The notes under the pieces are model-generated. The model did no database searches, was not told where the DNA came from, and was given only the letters and a program-made list of their open reading frames with translations. From positions 29,642 through 93,641 of the IMG/VR virus record IMGVR_UViG_3300046507_000506: 64,000 nt of DNA; one strand, given 5' to 3'. Positions within the stretch are counted from its first letter, which is position 1. The number at the start of each line of letters is the position of its first letter. Source of the stretch: a virus. Made by a program: the position numbers and the translations under genes. Below are positions 61,969 through 64,000 of this stretch, one piece after another.

Positions 61969-64000
61969 TATTGGCCCATCGCTGCGCGAGCCTTTGCCAA
62001 GGCGTACGTTTTGTATGCGTTTGCCGCCTGTGCGAAAAGGTCGACAAATTCGGCATCGTCCTTATAGTCGGCATGCAGCAGTTTCAGGTCACCCGGAATG
62101 CTTGCGTCCGCGAGGTCGCGCGCGCCATCAATGATCGAGCGCAGGAAGTCGAATGCCTCGCTACGCGGGTCCGCAGCGGTAGAGGTCGGCTCTGCAACGG
62201 CGGGTTCTGCTGCTGCCACCGGCTCGACGGGGGGCGCTTCCGGCTCCTTCGGCTTCATCCATTCGGCGGCTTCCGGCGAGGGCGTGAGATCCGGCTCGCC
62301 ACCGAGCGATTCAATGAACGCATCGCCGTCGATACCGTTGTTACTGGCGAGTTTGCGGAATTCGGAGAGAACAGCCTGAGCGCTTTCGATTTCCGCTTTG
62401 CGGTTCAGGTATGCGTCGGCCTGATAGCGACCATTGCCACCGATCTTCTGTTCGAGCGCTTTCGCGTCGTCAATGCCCTGGCGGATTTCGCGCAAGGTAT
62501 CGAGCGCGAACTGAACGCGCTTTCTCACCACTTCTGGCACGGCAGGCGCGAGAGGAGCGGTAGCGGCTTGTTCAGCGACAACGCGCGCGGCTTCATCGGC
62601 GGCGGCTTGTTCAGCGGCCACGCGGGCAGCCTCTTCTTCGGCTTCTGCTGCTGCCTGTGCCTCAGCGGCGGCCTGCGCATCGGCGGCGACGCGGGCCGCT
62701 TCAGCTTCGGCAGCAACGCGCTCGGCTTCGGCGGTGGCTTCTGCTGCAACGGCGTCGCGGCCCTGTTTGTTGCCAAGCATCCACGCGTCGAGCAATGTCT
62801 GATCGCCCGTCACCCAGTCCGGGGGCGTCGCGTTGCCTTCGCGGCCTGCGGCGAGGCCGTCAGAGACGGCGCGGTCGAGGTCCGCTTCGCCTGCGTGCGG
62901 ATCGACGGCGGGCAACGGTTCCGGGTCCGGCGTGGGTTCGATGACCGGGTCCGTCGTGTCCGTCACATCGGTGATGGTCGGCTTTACCTGCGCGGTGTCT
63001 TTGACGACCGGCGTGACTTTCTTCAGCGCGACGGCCGATTCCAGTTCGGTGATTTCGGTATTGAGCGCGGCAAGCGTAGCCTCGCCATCGGCGTACTGTT
63101 TTTGCAGGCTCGCGATGTTCGCCATCCGTTCCGAGCGCTTGGCGTTGGTCCGCGCAAAGCTGGCACTGTTGCGCGAGGCGAGCGTCATCACGCGCGCGGC
63201 GACGTTCTGGACATTCAGGTCACGGCCACGCTCAGGCGCGACAACAATCGTCACATCCTTTTTGTTCAGCATCCACTTCCACGACACGACGTCGTCAGTC
63301 GCCATGATCTTCTTAGGCGTGACGTCCGGGTTGTGGAAAAAGATCGTGATCGTCTGCCCGTCGGACAGTTCGAACACGGCCGCCACGTTCGTTGTTCCCT
63401 TCTGCGTGAAGGGGTCGCTGATCTGCACGCTAAGCGCGCTCAGGTCGCCGCCCTTGCGGTTCATCACCCGCTGGAGGATTGCCATGCGTTGCGGCAGCTT
63501 CGCATACGGCACCACCAATGCGTCGAGCGTCACGATACCGTCGGCGTCATCCATGATATCGGCCATGCACACCGGATCGAACATCAGGCCGTCCGCGCCG
63601 TCATGCGCGCGGAGGTCATAGAGCACCTGCGCAATCGTCTTGCCGCGCGGTTGGTTCGCGCTATCCCAAAGCACCTTTTGCATAGGGGTTTTTTCCTCTT
63701 TAGGGAGTTGATCTTTTGTGAGCGGCTTCGACAGGTCGCCGTTCGCCATCCACCACCGCAGTTGATCTAGCGAGCAGGGCACGCAGCCCATAAGGCCCGG
63801 CCAGCCCGCATTGAAGTTGCTCAGATATCCCGCCTCAGCCGTGCGCTGATCGGGGAAACCGAGCATCACCTTGTGCTCATCGAACGCGCCATTGAAGCCC
63901 TGATTGACGACGTAGACCGCGCCGCTTTCCGGGTACGGCCCGACGTAGCAATCCAGTTCATCACCGTCTGCACCCGTCACGCCCTCGATGTAGCCGTAAT
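61968..64000 (-). CDS. darA: DarA-like protein with N-terminal inorganic-pyrophosphatase-like domain (5' end outside window)
   Basis: LSDGQTITIFFH.P...LNKKDVT..VAP..GRD...NSA.F matches P1 DarA as recalled; YGYIEG..GADGDELDC...Q...FDEHKVMLGF. Confidence 0.8.
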   Translation of the reverse strand, partial: YGYIEGVTGADGDELDCYVGPYPESGAVYVVNQGFNGAFDEHKVMLGFPDQRTAEAGYLSNFNAGWPGLMGCVPCSLDQLRWWMANGDLSKPLTKDQLPKEEKTPMQKVLWDSANQPRGKTIAQVLYDLRAHDGADGLMFDPVCMADIMDDADGIVTLDALVVPYAKLPQRMAILQRVMNRKGGDLSALSVQISDPFTQKGTTNVAAVFELSDGQTITIFFHNPDVTPKKIMATDDVVSWKWMLNKKDVTIVVAPERGRDLNVQNVAARVMTLASRNSASFARTNAKRSERMANIASLQKQYADGEATLAALNTEITELESAVALKKVTPVVKDTAQVKPTITDVTDTTDPVIEPTPDPEPLPAVDPHAGEADLDRAVSDGLAAGREGNATPPDWVTGDQTLLDAWMLGNKQGRDAVAAEATAEAERVAAEAEAARVAADAQAAAEAQAAAEAEEEAARVAAEQAAADEAARVVAEQAATAPLAPAVPEVVRKRVQFALDTLREIRQGIDDAKALEQKIGGNGRYQADAYLNRKAEIESAQAVLSEFRKLASNNGIDGDAFIESLGGEPDLTPSPEAAEWMKPKEPEAPPVEPVAAAEPAVAEPTSTAADPRSEAFDFLRSIIDGARDLADASIPGDLKLLHADYKDDAEFVDLFAQAANAYKTYALAKARAAMGQ

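Larger units (their letters stand above)
1..64000. mobile_element. P1-like temperate phage-plasmid (partial; continues beyond both ends)
   Basis: P1-type PacB, DarA/DdrB/DarB/Hdf, capsid, sheath and tube genes co-occur with ParA, iterons and a Rep_3 initiator; no host housekeeping genes or integrase in the window. Confidence 0.92.

Noticed and set aside
62560-62760. Tandem DNA repeat in darA
   Set aside because: Explained by a low-complexity Ala/Glu helical linker (AARVAAEQAA)
63656-63698. Late-promoter match GAGGAAAA inside darA
   Set aside because: No -10-like hexamer at 29 nt; better read as an RBS. Other intragenic GGAAAA hits checked (10355, 11735, 17371, 42603) also lack it

Overview
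The window is a 64-kb internal segment of a temperate P1-like (contractile-tailed) phage-plasmid. High GC and gene content suggest a Burkholderiales host (inference). Minus strand: P1-type virion genes (portal, major capsid, sheath, tube, tape measure with lytic transglycosylase, baseplate), the darA/ddrB/darB/hdf antirestriction set, a lysis cassette (GH19 endolysin), terminase, and a lambdoid early operon. Plus strand: a cleavable CI-type repressor, a recombination operon (ERF, YqaJ exonuclease, RdgC, ParB-like), ParA with two paralogous adaptors, an 8-iteron origin with a Rep_3 initiator, BrnT/BrnA and a short ATP-dependent ligase. Items read from the sequence that the ORF track does not show: (1) a ~780-nt non-coding array of stem-closed RNA modules, including tRNA mimics without a canonical anticodon arm (4231-5007); (2) a >942-aa late protein running off the left edge, with a PelA/GH114-GH166-like glycoside hydrolase domain; (3) a candidate late-promoter motif GGAAAA-N29-xAxxxT upstream of structural operons; (4) a dispersed 14-bp palindromic operator ATAGAYRYGTCTAT; (5) a composite centromere-like region upstream of parA; (6) a recurring hydrophobic-F-D motif in head proteins that may be a prohead-protease site. 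All family assignments are from motif recognition by eye; no database searches were run.
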